A stretch of 19,163 nt of DNA from Candidatus Nanohaloarchaea archaeon (GCA_042218075.1 JBDGRK010000002.1:1-19163); one strand, 5' to 3'; positions 7,260 through 16,300 are shown, numbered from the stretch's first letter. Made by a program: numbers and translations. The notes: generated by a model from the sequence alone, not told the origin.

Positions 7260-7563
7260 GACAGGTACGGCTACGGTATCAATGATAAGATTCCTCACCA
7301 GGTCCGGCACATCCCTTTGCTGGCGGCTCACCAGCACGAACTCCAGAAGCACGATGAGAGGATTTCAATGCTACAGAACACGACCGATAAAAGAGCCGGA
7401 AAACTGGAGGTAAGCCACCAAGAGAGAACAGTAACAATCAATGACACCCTGAAGCTCGAGAAGACCTCTCTGTTCCTGCACAGAGGAAGAGGCGGGAGAG
7501 ATCAGGTTCAACGGTTCGGCGCATTTCGCGTGTGACGGAGAGTCGTGGAGCAGGATGTACTAG
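7260..7563 (+). pseudogene. Remnant C: frameshifted orphan 3' end of another fibre/surface protein gene
   Basis: Reads YGYGINDKIPHQVRHIPLLAAHQHELQKHDERISMLQN...TVTINDTLKLEKTSL, then a frameshift at about 7472, then SCTEEEAGEIRFNGSAHFACDGESWSRMY* (TAG at 7561-7563). The C...AG.IR.N.....C.G..W pattern resembles fibre/adhesin linker motifs. Confidence 0.6.
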
Positions 7564-7632
7564 ATCCCTCTGAAGTCTCAGTGGAAGTTCTACCGGTTTG
7601 TGAGAGCAAGTTTTCACACTAGTGAGGAAGAT

Positions 7633-8397
7633 TCAGTCTGTTCCAGGTAGTTTTTCTTCCAGTTTCTCCAGGGATTCCTCGAACGCAGGTGGTGAAGAAT
7701 ATGTGAGTGTTTCCAGTGTTTCCCAGTTTTTCTCGAGCTTCCCAGCCTCCTTAATTATCATCTCCCTGCTGTATTCAAGGCTGTAGTATTCAAGTTTTTC
7801 CTTCACCAGCTCGGTGTCGATTTCAGTTCCCATCGCCAGCAGGTGGTATAAGTCGTAGAGGTCGCGGGGCTGGCTTCTCGTCACCAGCGCCCTTATCTTC
7901 TCCGCCAGTATCTCTTCCCTGTCAAGCACCAGTACTTCAAAGCTGGTGATATCCCGGAATTTCGGGTTGTACCTCCTGTTCCGGAAGTTCGAGGCCGTGC
8001 TTTTCCTGTTGATCTCTATCCTGATGAAGTTGAGGCTTCTCCTGTTGCCAGTGTAAAGCGGCCCCTGGATTCCAAGCCTGGCTCTGTAACTGCTATCTTT
8101 CTCATCTTCCTTCCTCTCTGCAACTTCAGCTCCATAGTTCTCCAGATCCCTGGCGATTTTATCTACCAGTTCTTCAAACTTGATTTCCTGGCGCATCGTA
8201 AAGTCGAGGTCTTCCGAGAACCGGTCAAGCTGGTAGAACTTCAGCAGTGCGGTTCCACCCTTGAATACCAGTTGTTCTGATGTCTCCTTACTTATAGTGG
8301 AAAGTATTATGTCCTGCAGGTAGAGTTTTTCGGCGTATCCCCTGTTTCCTCCTGTCAGCGTTTTCGACATGCTCTCTAACTCCTTTTCAGAGAGCAT
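7633..8397 (-). CDS. abiEii: AbiEii-family nucleotidyltransferase toxin (type IV TA)
   Basis: EKLYLQ..IL, LVFKGGTAL.......RFSEDLDF, EEILAEKIRAL..R.QPRDLYDL. Confidence 0.92.
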   Translation of the reverse strand: MLSEKELESMSKTLTGGNRGYAEKLYLQDIILSTISKETSEQLVFKGGTALLKFYQLDRFSEDLDFTMRQEIKFEELVDKIARDLENYGAEVAERKEDEKDSSYRARLGIQGPLYTGNRRSLNFIRIEINRKSTASNFRNRRYNPKFRDITSFEVLVLDREEILAEKIRALVTRSQPRDLYDLYHLLAMGTEIDTELVKEKLEYYSLEYSREMIIKEAGKLEKNWETLETLTYSSPPAFEESLEKLEEKLPGTD

Positions 8398-9058
8398 CGG
8401 TGTTCACCAGTACCATCCAGTCAGGATTTTTCTCTCCCTCTGCGGGCTGTGAAAGCTCGAGCGGAGTGTAATTTGTGTCCTCCACCATGAACTCCTCCAC
8501 TTCCTCGTCCCTCAATTTTTCGAACAGAAATCCCAGCCGTTTCTTCACGGATTTCTTGCCTGTTCTCTCCGCAAGTTCCACCAGTTTATCTATTTCCACT
8601 TCTTCAACCAGTTCGATCAGCTCCGATACAGCCACCTGTTTTCGACTCAGGCAGTCTATAAGCAGTTTCTCTTTCTCCGCCATGAATATCTCTATTCCCT
8701 TGTACCTTTTCTTCTTGTATCCGAACATGTCCTGGGTGTAATAGAACCTGATGTTGTCAAGGTCTTTCCTGTCAACCGGAGTCATTACATCAATCTTCCG
8801 TGGCGTCTGAGTCGTCAGGTCGTAGTAGCGTAGTCCGGACCAGAGGGAGATGTAGGAGGGCTTTTCTATGTGGGATGCGTAGATCAGGGGGTCATCATGT
8901 AAGGTGTACTTGTTTCGCTCGATCCTCTTCAGATCCCCTTTCTGGACCGCTCTCTGGATCTTTGTTTTCAGGTAGCTCCTGTCCTCTTTCAGCTGTCTCT
9001 GCGCTTCATTCAAATTGAATAGGGGTTTTTCCCTCCCCCAGTCCTTGATCTCTCCCAT
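8387..9058 (-). CDS. abiEi: AbiEi-family antitoxin / transcriptional regulator (type IV TA)
   Basis: N-terminal wHTH (G.LKRIERNKY), PSYISLWSGLRYYDLTTQTP, AEKEKLLIDCL and KRLGFL; it overlaps abiEii by 11 nt. Confidence 0.88.
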   Translation of the reverse strand: MGEIKDWGREKPLFNLNEAQRQLKEDRSYLKTKIQRAVQKGDLKRIERNKYTLHDDPLIYASHIEKPSYISLWSGLRYYDLTTQTPRKIDVMTPVDRKDLDNIRFYYTQDMFGYKKKRYKGIEIFMAEKEKLLIDCLSRKQVAVSELIELVEEVEIDKLVELAERTGKKSVKKRLGFLFEKLRDEEVEEFMVEDTNYTPLELSQPAEGEKNPDWMVLVNTDAL

Positions 9059-9066
9059 AACACGTT

Positions 9067-9128
9067 TTTCTTATCTTTTCCCTTTAAAGTTATCATTTTT
9101 GATCATTTTCTGGGGAAAAAGTAAGAAA
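9067..9128 (-). promoter_or_regulatory. Inverted repeat (16-nt arms, 14/16 match) flanking the TATA-like box of abiE; putative AbiEi operator
   Basis: TTTCTTATCTTTTCCC (9067-9082) and GGGAAAAAGTAAGAAA (9113-9128), with CTTTAAAG at 9082-9089, about 25-30 nt upstream of the ATG at 9058. Confidence 0.6.
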
Positions 9129-9142
9129 TCTGAAGCTGGCTT

Positions 9143-9215
9143 CTTGAAGCTTGAGAAGACCTATCTCAACTCCTGTAAAGAGGAAGAGGCGAGGGAGATC
9201 AGGTTCAACGGTTCC
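9143..9215 (+). repeat. Remnant C': diverged direct repeat of 7449-7517 (LKLEKTYLNSCKEEEAREIRFNGS)
   Basis: The blocks TGAAGCT.GAGAAGACCT.TCT, AGAGGAAGAGGCG and GAGATCAGGTTCAACGGTTC are shared. It ends flush against the pilin stop codon at 9216. Confidence 0.88.
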
Positions 9216-9644
9216 TCACTGCTTGGTCTCTACGCTCCTGTCTCTCTCCATTTCAGGACAGTTCGATGAAGCAATTACCACCTTACCAGGAGTCTTGTTT
9301 GAGTCAAGTGTAACGTTTCTCTCCTCGTCTACCTCCAGAAGCTCAACCTCCTTTGTGTTCAGTATCCTGGAGTTGTTGATCGATGCAACAGTAAGATCTT
9401 CCTCGAAGTTGATGGTTCCTGTGTTGAGCACGGTAACCCTGGTAAAGTTGGCGGAGAAGTCGTATTTTGCTCTCTTGATCGAGAAGCCGGCGTTCCTGCA
9501 TTCTATCTTCCTGTTTTCCTGTTCCGCGACACTTGAAGTCACGTTCCTGGAGAACTCCGGCGCCCAGCTTGCATAGACTGAGGCCATGGACATCCCAACA
9601 AGAAGTATCAGCGTTGCTGTTATTATCTGGGATATTCCTTTCAT
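9216..9644 (-). CDS. Archaeal type IV pilin-like protein (divergent or minor pilin)
   Basis: Class III signal peptide MKG/ISQIITATLILLVGMSMA; IEC..A...V.NTG...SNCPE pattern shared with the neighbouring pilins. Confidence 0.85.
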   Translation of the reverse strand: MKGISQIITATLILLVGMSMASVYASWAPEFSRNVTSSVAEQENRKIECRNAGFSIKRAKYDFSANFTRVTVLNTGTINFEEDLTVASINNSRILNTKEVELLEVDEERNVTLDSNKTPGKVVIASSNCPEMERDRSVETKQ

Positions 9645-9648
9645 GCTT

Positions 9649-10107
9649 CTACGTGTTGATGTTTTCTATTGTGTCGGTCACTTCGCTGCACTTGCTTGAG
9701 TACGCCTCGATGTAGGAAGGCTCGGAACTTACCCCGCTGATGTTGGTCTCGTTGACAGGGTTCTCCACGAGGTATTCCAGGTTTCCGATCTGTTCTATTA
9801 TTTTGTCATCCGAGTCGTATGTCGCTATAATTACATCCGTGAGGTTTACGGGCCCCGTGTTTCTTACAGTTATGACAGTGTAGTTTTCTCCTCCCGGGTT
9901 GTTTCCGTTGTAGAAGGCCGACCTGAGTTTGATTCCTGCCCGGTTACAGTCTATGGTTTCCAGTGTGTTGTTTTTTGTGTCTTCTGTTACTGTTTGGACT
10001 AGGTTTGGTGCCCATCCTGAGAATATTCCGACTACTGCTAGTGCTACTGCAAGTAATAGAATTGAGGCTATTATCGGTGATATCCCTTTCCTCTCCATGT
10101 GTGCCAT
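9649..10107 (-). CDS. Archaeal type IV pilin (paralogue 2)
   Basis: RKG/ISPIIASILLLAVALAVVGIF class III signal peptide; the start could also be 10098. Confidence 0.9.
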   Translation of the reverse strand: MAHMERKGISPIIASILLLAVALAVVGIFSGWAPNLVQTVTEDTKNNTLETIDCNRAGIKLRSAFYNGNNPGGENYTVITVRNTGPVNLTDVIIATYDSDDKIIEQIGNLEYLVENPVNETNISGVSSEPSYIEAYSSKCSEVTDTIENINT

Positions 10108-10144
10108 TTTTCTCTCACCCTTTAATTATTTTCCTCAGTCATGT

Positions 10145-10582
10145 TCAGGTATTTATATCGTTGAGTTCATCGTTCACTTCGCTGCACTTGCTTGAGTACG
10201 CCTCGATGTAGGAAGGCTCGGAACTTACCCCGCTGATGTTGGTCTGGTTTACGGGCTGGCTGACGTTGTAGTTAAGGTTACCGTCCTGCTCAATTATTTT
10301 ATCATCGGAACTGTAGGAGGCTATCACAACGTCTGTTAGGTTTACCGGACCTGTGTTTCTCAAAGTTACGACCATGTAGTTGTCGCCTGAGTTGTAGAAA
10401 GCCGACATCAGCCTTATACCCGCTTCATTGCATTCAACGGTTTCCATGGTGTTATTTCTTGTATCCTCTGTAATCGTGTTCACCAGGTTTGGTGCCCATC
10501 CTGAGAATATTCCGACTACTGCTAGTGCTACTGCGAGTAGAAGGACGGATGCTATGATCGGTGATATCCCCTTCCTGGCCAT
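10145..10582 (-). CDS. Archaeal type IV pilin (paralogue 1)
   Basis: MARKG/ISPIIASVLLLAVALAVVGIF class III signal peptide. Confidence 0.9.
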   Translation of the reverse strand: MARKGISPIIASVLLLAVALAVVGIFSGWAPNLVNTITEDTRNNTMETVECNEAGIRLMSAFYNSGDNYMVVTLRNTGPVNLTDVVIASYSSDDKIIEQDGNLNYNVSQPVNQTNISGVSSEPSYIEAYSSKCSEVNDELNDINT

Positions 10583-10615
10583 ATCGCCATAATGTTGATC
10601 TCTGTTTATAATAGT

Positions 10616-11827
10616 TTAGAGGAAGAATGTGATCGCCAGGTATCCTGCGGCGAAAAGGATGGCCATGTGCTTGAATCCTGCCCTGAGTTCTCCCTCTGCC
10701 AGCTTGCCTATGATCAGTCCGGAGAAAAATGCCTGTATGTAGACCAGTCTCTGGAACCACTTGTTGTAGAGCCTTATGTTTTCCTGCAGGTTGGCGCCCC
10801 CTCCCCCGAGCACCGAAAAACTACCTGAACCTCCCAGTGCATCCTGTGCTGATGCAAGATTCGGGAGAAGGAACTGCGTCAGTGCGATAAGAATGCCGAT
10901 AAAGATGAAGAATACGATGTAGCCCGTAATCATCTCGCCGTAGAGCTGTGACTCCCTCTTCTCCTTCAGCTCCCTTATAGTCCTTATATTCTCCCCCACA
11001 GAATCCAGGACGTCCTGGATGTTACCTCCCGAGGAGTAGGCCTGTATGATGGTATCGACGCTTCTCTCTATTAATGGCGAACCTGTCTGTGAGCTGAAGT
11101 TTTTCAGCACTTTCTCGAACGGGATGCCCCAGTCAAGCTGGGCGTTCATCTGTTCTATCTTAGGATCCAGAGCACCATAGCTGCCTGTCTCAGTGTTCTT
11201 GATGGCCTGGGGTAGTGACATACCTGCCCTAGTTCCCTCCACCACATCCCTCAGGAATTCCGGGAACTTCTCCTCCATGTCCTTCTTTGCCTGGAACTCG
11301 GTGTACTTCAGGTACATGACCGGTGCCGCAACAAGCAGAAGAGATACCATGTTCAGCAGAACGAAAACCAGCTGCTGGAAGCTTGTCTTCGATTTTACTT
11401 TTACGTATGTGAGCGCTTGCTGCTCAATGCCGAGTCCTGTGCTCTCTATAACAACCCTGTTATTCTTCTCCACCAGATCTTCCGGAACCTTCACCAGCTT
11501 TGAACTCGAGCTTGATTCGGATATCTCGTTTCCATTTACCTCTATGGTTACCGGGTTCTCGGGATCAACGTTCTCGAATTCCAGGTTAAGTTTCGGGCTC
11601 TGCGAGACTGAGGGCCTTGAAATCGTGAAGTTGAATTCCGCGGCGCTACTGCTGTTGATGGGTTTTCTCACCGAGCTCTCGTACTTGTTAATCGTATTCT
11701 GGTGGTTGACGTAGTTCAGCCCTGCTATCGTCACTCCGAGGACAAAGGCTCCCGCCACCATCAGGATCAGATTCTCGTGTTTCCTCCAGTAGTTCTTCAG
11801 CTTCAGCTTGATGTTTCTCGTATACAT
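10616..11827 (-). CDS. TadC/PilC-like (T2SS F domain) pilus platform protein with an extra N-terminal hydrophilic domain
   Basis: EEKFPEFLRDVVEGTRAGMSLPQAI......YGAL......LDWGIPFEKVL...SGG.I.DVL; C-terminal QAFFSGLIIGKL.EG...AGFKH. Confidence 0.88.
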   Translation of the reverse strand: MYTRNIKLKLKNYWRKHENLILMVAGAFVLGVTIAGLNYVNHQNTINKYESSVRKPINSSSAAEFNFTISRPSVSQSPKLNLEFENVDPENPVTIEVNGNEISESSSSSKLVKVPEDLVEKNNRVVIESTGLGIEQQALTYVKVKSKTSFQQLVFVLLNMVSLLLVAAPVMYLKYTEFQAKKDMEEKFPEFLRDVVEGTRAGMSLPQAIKNTETGSYGALDPKIEQMNAQLDWGIPFEKVLKNFSSQTGSPLIERSVDTIIQAYSSGGNIQDVLDSVGENIRTIRELKEKRESQLYGEMITGYIVFFIFIGILIALTQFLLPNLASAQDALGGSGSFSVLGGGGANLQENIRLYNKWFQRLVYIQAFFSGLIIGKLAEGELRAGFKHMAILFAAGYLAITFFL

Positions 11828-11828
11828 T

Positions 11829-12752
11829 CTAGTCCACCATCACCGCAAGGAATATAACGAAAAGGCCGTTTATGACCGGTATAAATACGTGTACGCCGAG
11901 CCACATCAGGTCCCTGATAGCGAACCCTCCGATTTGGCCTCCCAGCAGGTTCATGACCGCCAGTACCACCACTAGGAAGACAGGCGCGGCAATCAGTATC
12001 GCGGTGTAGAATGATGCGTAGGTGCTCAGCTTCTGGATTTCCCTCTGTCTCTGCTGGTTGTACTCGAAGAGTGCTTCATCAGCCTTCTCCTGTATGTAGG
12101 ATTTAAGGTCTCCTCCTGTCTCCACCGTCGATATTATCCCGTAGAGGACCTCCGACCAGTCCTCGCTCGGGCTTTTATCCGCCACCTCTTTCAGCGCGGT
12201 GGTCAGATCCTCGCCGAATACATTCACTCTCCTCGAGATCTCTCCCGCCTCCCTCGAGATTCCACCGTACTCCTCGAAAGTGTTCAGGAGTTCAAACATC
12301 GATTTGGGCGGTATTCCTGAAGTCGCGATCGCACCGAGGTGGTTGAGCGCGAACGGAAGATTGTCGTTAATACTTTCTCTCCTCCTCTTAGCCTTCTGAG
12401 ACGGGTAAATGTACATGAAACCGAATACGACAAGGGACATGGCGACAGGCACCCCTATCACGTACCTTACAGTTCCAAGTACGCCGAGACTGTTGGAGTA
12501 AGCATAATAGCCCCCTATAACTATGCCCATGAAGAAAGCGGTCGAGCTGTAGAGGAATATTTTTGAAACGTAGGTCCTGTAGAGAACGTCCATATCAGCC
12601 TCTCTCAGGTCCTGCTTCAGGTCTTCAAAATTTTCGCTGTACCTGTCGACTGTTGGGCCGAACAGCGCATTCGCCGCTGCCTCGACGGTTTCAGTCTTCG
12701 AGGAGTGCTTAAGCCTGTCCCTGAAGCTCTTGTTGAAGGGGTCGTGGCTCAT
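11829..12752 (-). CDS. TadC/PilC-like (T2SS F domain) pilus platform protein
   Basis: INDNLPFALNHLGAIATSGIPP...YGGISREA..I...VNVFGEDL..AL....PS..W...L.G....ETGGDL..Y; multiple TM segments. Confidence 0.9.
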   Translation of the reverse strand: MSHDPFNKSFRDRLKHSSKTETVEAAANALFGPTVDRYSENFEDLKQDLREADMDVLYRTYVSKIFLYSSTAFFMGIVIGGYYAYSNSLGVLGTVRYVIGVPVAMSLVVFGFMYIYPSQKAKRRRESINDNLPFALNHLGAIATSGIPPKSMFELLNTFEEYGGISREAGEISRRVNVFGEDLTTALKEVADKSPSEDWSEVLYGIISTVETGGDLKSYIQEKADEALFEYNQQRQREIQKLSTYASFYTAILIAAPVFLVVVLAVMNLLGGQIGGFAIRDLMWLGVHVFIPVINGLFVIFLAVMVD

Positions 12753-13393
12753 TGGACCTTCAGTCCTTTCGAGTCCAGGCTGTAGTTGTGGACGTTCTGG
12801 TTGTAATCTGATCCTTTCAGCTTTCTGATGTAAAGCTTTCTCTGCACCTCTTTTCCGTCCTCCTCAACTATCATATCTACTATGCCATCGGCTATCTCTT
12901 CCTCTATCGATGTTGCCTCCCCTGTCTCGGCCAGCATTAGCGCTGTGGCTTCTGAGTTTCTCACTTCTTTCTTTATAGATAGCAGAGTTTTCCTGATGTC
13001 TTTCCTTGAATCTATGTAAAGATCCAGATCTGTTATAGGATCCAGGACTATCCTTTCGGCCTCGTTGACTTTAATCATGCCTCTCAGCATGTCAGCAACT
13101 TCTTCATACCTGTAAGCATTCATTTTTCTTATATTGATTGTCCCGGATTCAACGTATTCCTCGAAATCCCAGTCAAAGGTGGTCGTCCTGAGTATTTCAT
13201 CCTCTGTCTCCTGGAAAGATACGAAAAGGCCATTTTGATCTTCCATAGCACCCCTGTAAAGAAACTCTATTCCAAAGTTCGTCTTCCCGGCTCCCGGTTC
13301 TCCTTCAATCAGTACTGTCTCTCCATGAGGTATTCCTCCCTCGATCTGGTTGTCAAAGTTTCTTATACCTGTCTCTATCCTCTGCATCTTCAC
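12749..13393 (-). CDS. KaiC/RecA-superfamily single-domain ATPase (ArlH-like)
   Basis: RIETGI..FD..IEGGIP, Walker A GEPGAGKT, RIVLDP, ADGIV, R.L.IRKLKGS; 4-nt overlaps with both neighbours. Confidence 0.88.
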   Translation of the reverse strand: MKMQRIETGIRNFDNQIEGGIPHGETVLIEGEPGAGKTNFGIEFLYRGAMEDQNGLFVSFQETEDEILRTTTFDWDFEEYVESGTINIRKMNAYRYEEVADMLRGMIKVNEAERIVLDPITDLDLYIDSRKDIRKTLLSIKKEVRNSEATALMLAETGEATSIEEEIADGIVDMIVEEDGKEVQRKLYIRKLKGSDYNQNVHNYSLDSKGLKVQ

Positions 13394-16300
13394 GCCTCAA
13401 ACGGGTTTTGCTCTACATCAGGGTTTTCAAACGGGTTTTCATCTTCGCTCCCCTCCCTTGTGACTTTGGCCTTCTGCCTCTCAGACTTCAACTTCTTCTC
13501 AAGCTCCGCCACGGGATTCTGCTCCTTCTTTTTCTTCTGCTCTATCCTGTCATCAGAATCTATCTCATCGATCTCTTCCTCCAGGTTAACATTCGTGTCG
13601 ATTTCCTCTTCTTCCATCCTCCTGTCCAGCCTGTCAGGTCTCTCGATATCAACTTTTCTCTCCGCGTCGATAACATCGTCGAGAGAGTACTCGTCGTCCT
13701 CAGAGTTAATCATCTTAAGTATCTCCTCCTTGTTCTTGTAGTATTCATGGATTATCTCCGAAACCCTGTGAAACTCGCTCACGTCTTTTTCTTTAAGCCA
13801 TTTAAGAACCTTTGACCTTCTCTCAAGTTCTTTCTCCAGTTTCTGCTTGCTGACGCCGAAGTCCTTGCTGATCTGGTCGAAAAGGAACGGTTCACCTCTC
13901 TGCTGGAAAGAGTCGTCCATAGCTGTCCAAGAAAACGCCTGGTTTGTTCTGGCGGACGCGGATTCTCCGACCACCTTCTGCAATTCGTGAACGTTTTTCA
14001 CCCGTCTTGCGGACTTTTCGACTCCCTTGGCATGCGTCATTATAACTATGGCGTCTATAGCCTGGATTAGGGCAGGTGAAAGTGATATTGGAGGAGTCAC
14101 CAGTCTCTTCACGACCGCGTTCGGTGATGATGCGTGCATGGTTCCCATGGAAGGGTGACCCGAGGACATTCCCTGGAAGAGGACCGACGCCTCCTCGCCC
14201 CTGACCTCCCCGACAACCACGTAGTCAGGGTTCTGCCTGAATGACTCCTTCAGAAGCTGGTCCATATCCACGTCCCCGTGCGAGTCGGTTCCAAACATCT
14301 CTCTTGTTACAGATGGAATCCAGTTCTCGTGGGGCAGCTGTAGCTCCCTTGTGTCCTCGATTGAAACTATTTTATCTTCCGGAGGAATGAATGAGACGCT
14401 TGCATTCAAGAACGTGGTATTGTGGGTTATCAGCGGTAGCGAACCGGCAGTAAAAGTATGCGAGTCGTCGACCGTAACGTCATAGACAAAATCAGGTGCT
14501 TTCCCTGGCTCTATTCTCTCCACATGCTCCACTCTATCCCAGAAAATATCAGATGAAAGTTCCTCAAGCCTTTGCAGTTCCTCTCTGGCTTCTCCAGCTT
14601 CTATACCTTCCTTTATATTTTGAACAGTAGTTCTCGAAGGAGTTCTCTCTCCATTAAGTATTCTTCCTATCGTTCTTCGTGCGAGTCCCGAAGATTCGGC
14701 AATCTCCCTGTTCGTAAGATCTTCTTTTTCCTTTATATTGGACAAGACTTTCCTGCAGGGTACCAGATCAACATTAGTGTGAGAAGAATCCAGTTGCTCC
14801 AGATTCTCTTTCAGCTGTTCTTCTTTCTCCGGGTGATTAAAACCTATCTCCTCAAGGAATATACTGTTCTGCTGTTCTCCAGAAACCCTTATGCGGTAGT
14901 AATCCTCTCCTTGAACTACCTTCGTGGTTTTTCTTGCTATGATTCCGTGCCTGTGCAGGAGGTTGACAACTTCCTCAGACAGTATTTCTGATGCGGTGGA
15001 GAACACTATCTCGGTCTGTTTCTTTGAAACTTCTGCCTCTGAGTCGAATAAAGCCCTCAGGTATGACGAGGTTACCCCTTCTGGAGACTTGAGTATTTTC
15101 TCATTTGTCGATACTTTCCTGGCTTTAGGCTGATCTACAGGGATCTCAAATACGTATTTCAGAAATTCCCTGAGAGCCTTGGAGCATACTCTTACCCTTG
15201 ACACCCGATCTTCCTGTTCTAGGGTCCTGGTTTCCAGGCCAAATTCCTTCCTCACCAGTTCCCGGAACCTTTCTCTCAGTTCTTTTTCCTGGTTGTGGAA
15301 GTTGACGTAGTTCCCCTCGATGTTTCCGTCGGCCAGTATATAACCGACGAGTTCTGCGAGTTCAGGCGTGACTTCTTCAGGTATCTCCATCGTCTTGCTG
15401 CCATGCATCGATGTCATTCCCTCTACATATCCGAGTGCCTCTTCTTTTGAGAAACTGCTCTCTTCCACTAAGTGTTCCAGGTTCATCCACGGAATCGAGT
15501 TCTGGTTCTGCCACTCGTTTACTGTTCTCCCGGCTTCTTCAAACTCCTCTGATATCTCACTCACACTTTCCTCTTTTTCGTCAAAGATTTGCCTGACCAG
15601 GTCTTCTGCTCCACGTGCGTAGGCTTCTATATCATGACTGAGCGGCTGTATGGGCTGTCTTTCCGTATCGAGATTCATCTCTCTCGGTGTCGCTATAAAG
15701 TCTCCCTCTTCTATCCTGTCCGTTCTTACTTTCTCGACCTCTCCATCTCTGTTTAGTATGAATGGGTGTTCGGGTGTTACGGTGATTTCTGCTCCTCTTT
15801 CAGTCTCTATACGGTAGACTTCGTCATCGTTCTCCAGCTTCAGGAACTTGTTAACTTTTTTCGGCCCTGTCTCCAGGTTCTCGTGCATAGTGTAGAGCTT
15901 CTTGGGTTCTCCCGTCTCTCTCACTTCCTCATGAAGCTCCTCTGCTTCCTTTATGTTTCCGTTACCCATGTGTATTCTATCGTCCGGCGCCACGCATTTT
16001 CCTGTGGCTGTGCCTCCACATATCAGTATTGACTGCTTGTACTGCTGCAGTATCCACATATATGCCATTATATCGGCGCTCGCGGTCCCAAGGTCCATAA
16101 GGTCGACTGCGGAGAAAGGCGTCTCCTGGAACTTTCTTATCGAGAAAGTTGGTCCGTGAGATGTTACGTCTTCCGTCAGCGAGGCGTTGACACGTGAACC
16201 GTCGGGAAGTGATCCGTCCAGCAGCGGGTTCGCGTAGGAAACGTAGCGGCCACAGCGCTCCGCCAGCTTGATGACCAGGTTCTCCAGCCTCTCCTCGTCG

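Noticed and set aside
7128-7352. 74-aa minus-strand ORF, and a 12/13 inverted match to the A tail at about 7181-7193
   Set aside because: No recognisable family, it overlaps remnant C antisense, and the match is short enough to be chance.
1-9215. Diversity-generating retroelement (template/variable repeat pairs)
   Set aside because: There is no reverse transcriptase in the window, and mismatches between repeat pairs are not confined to adenines of one copy.
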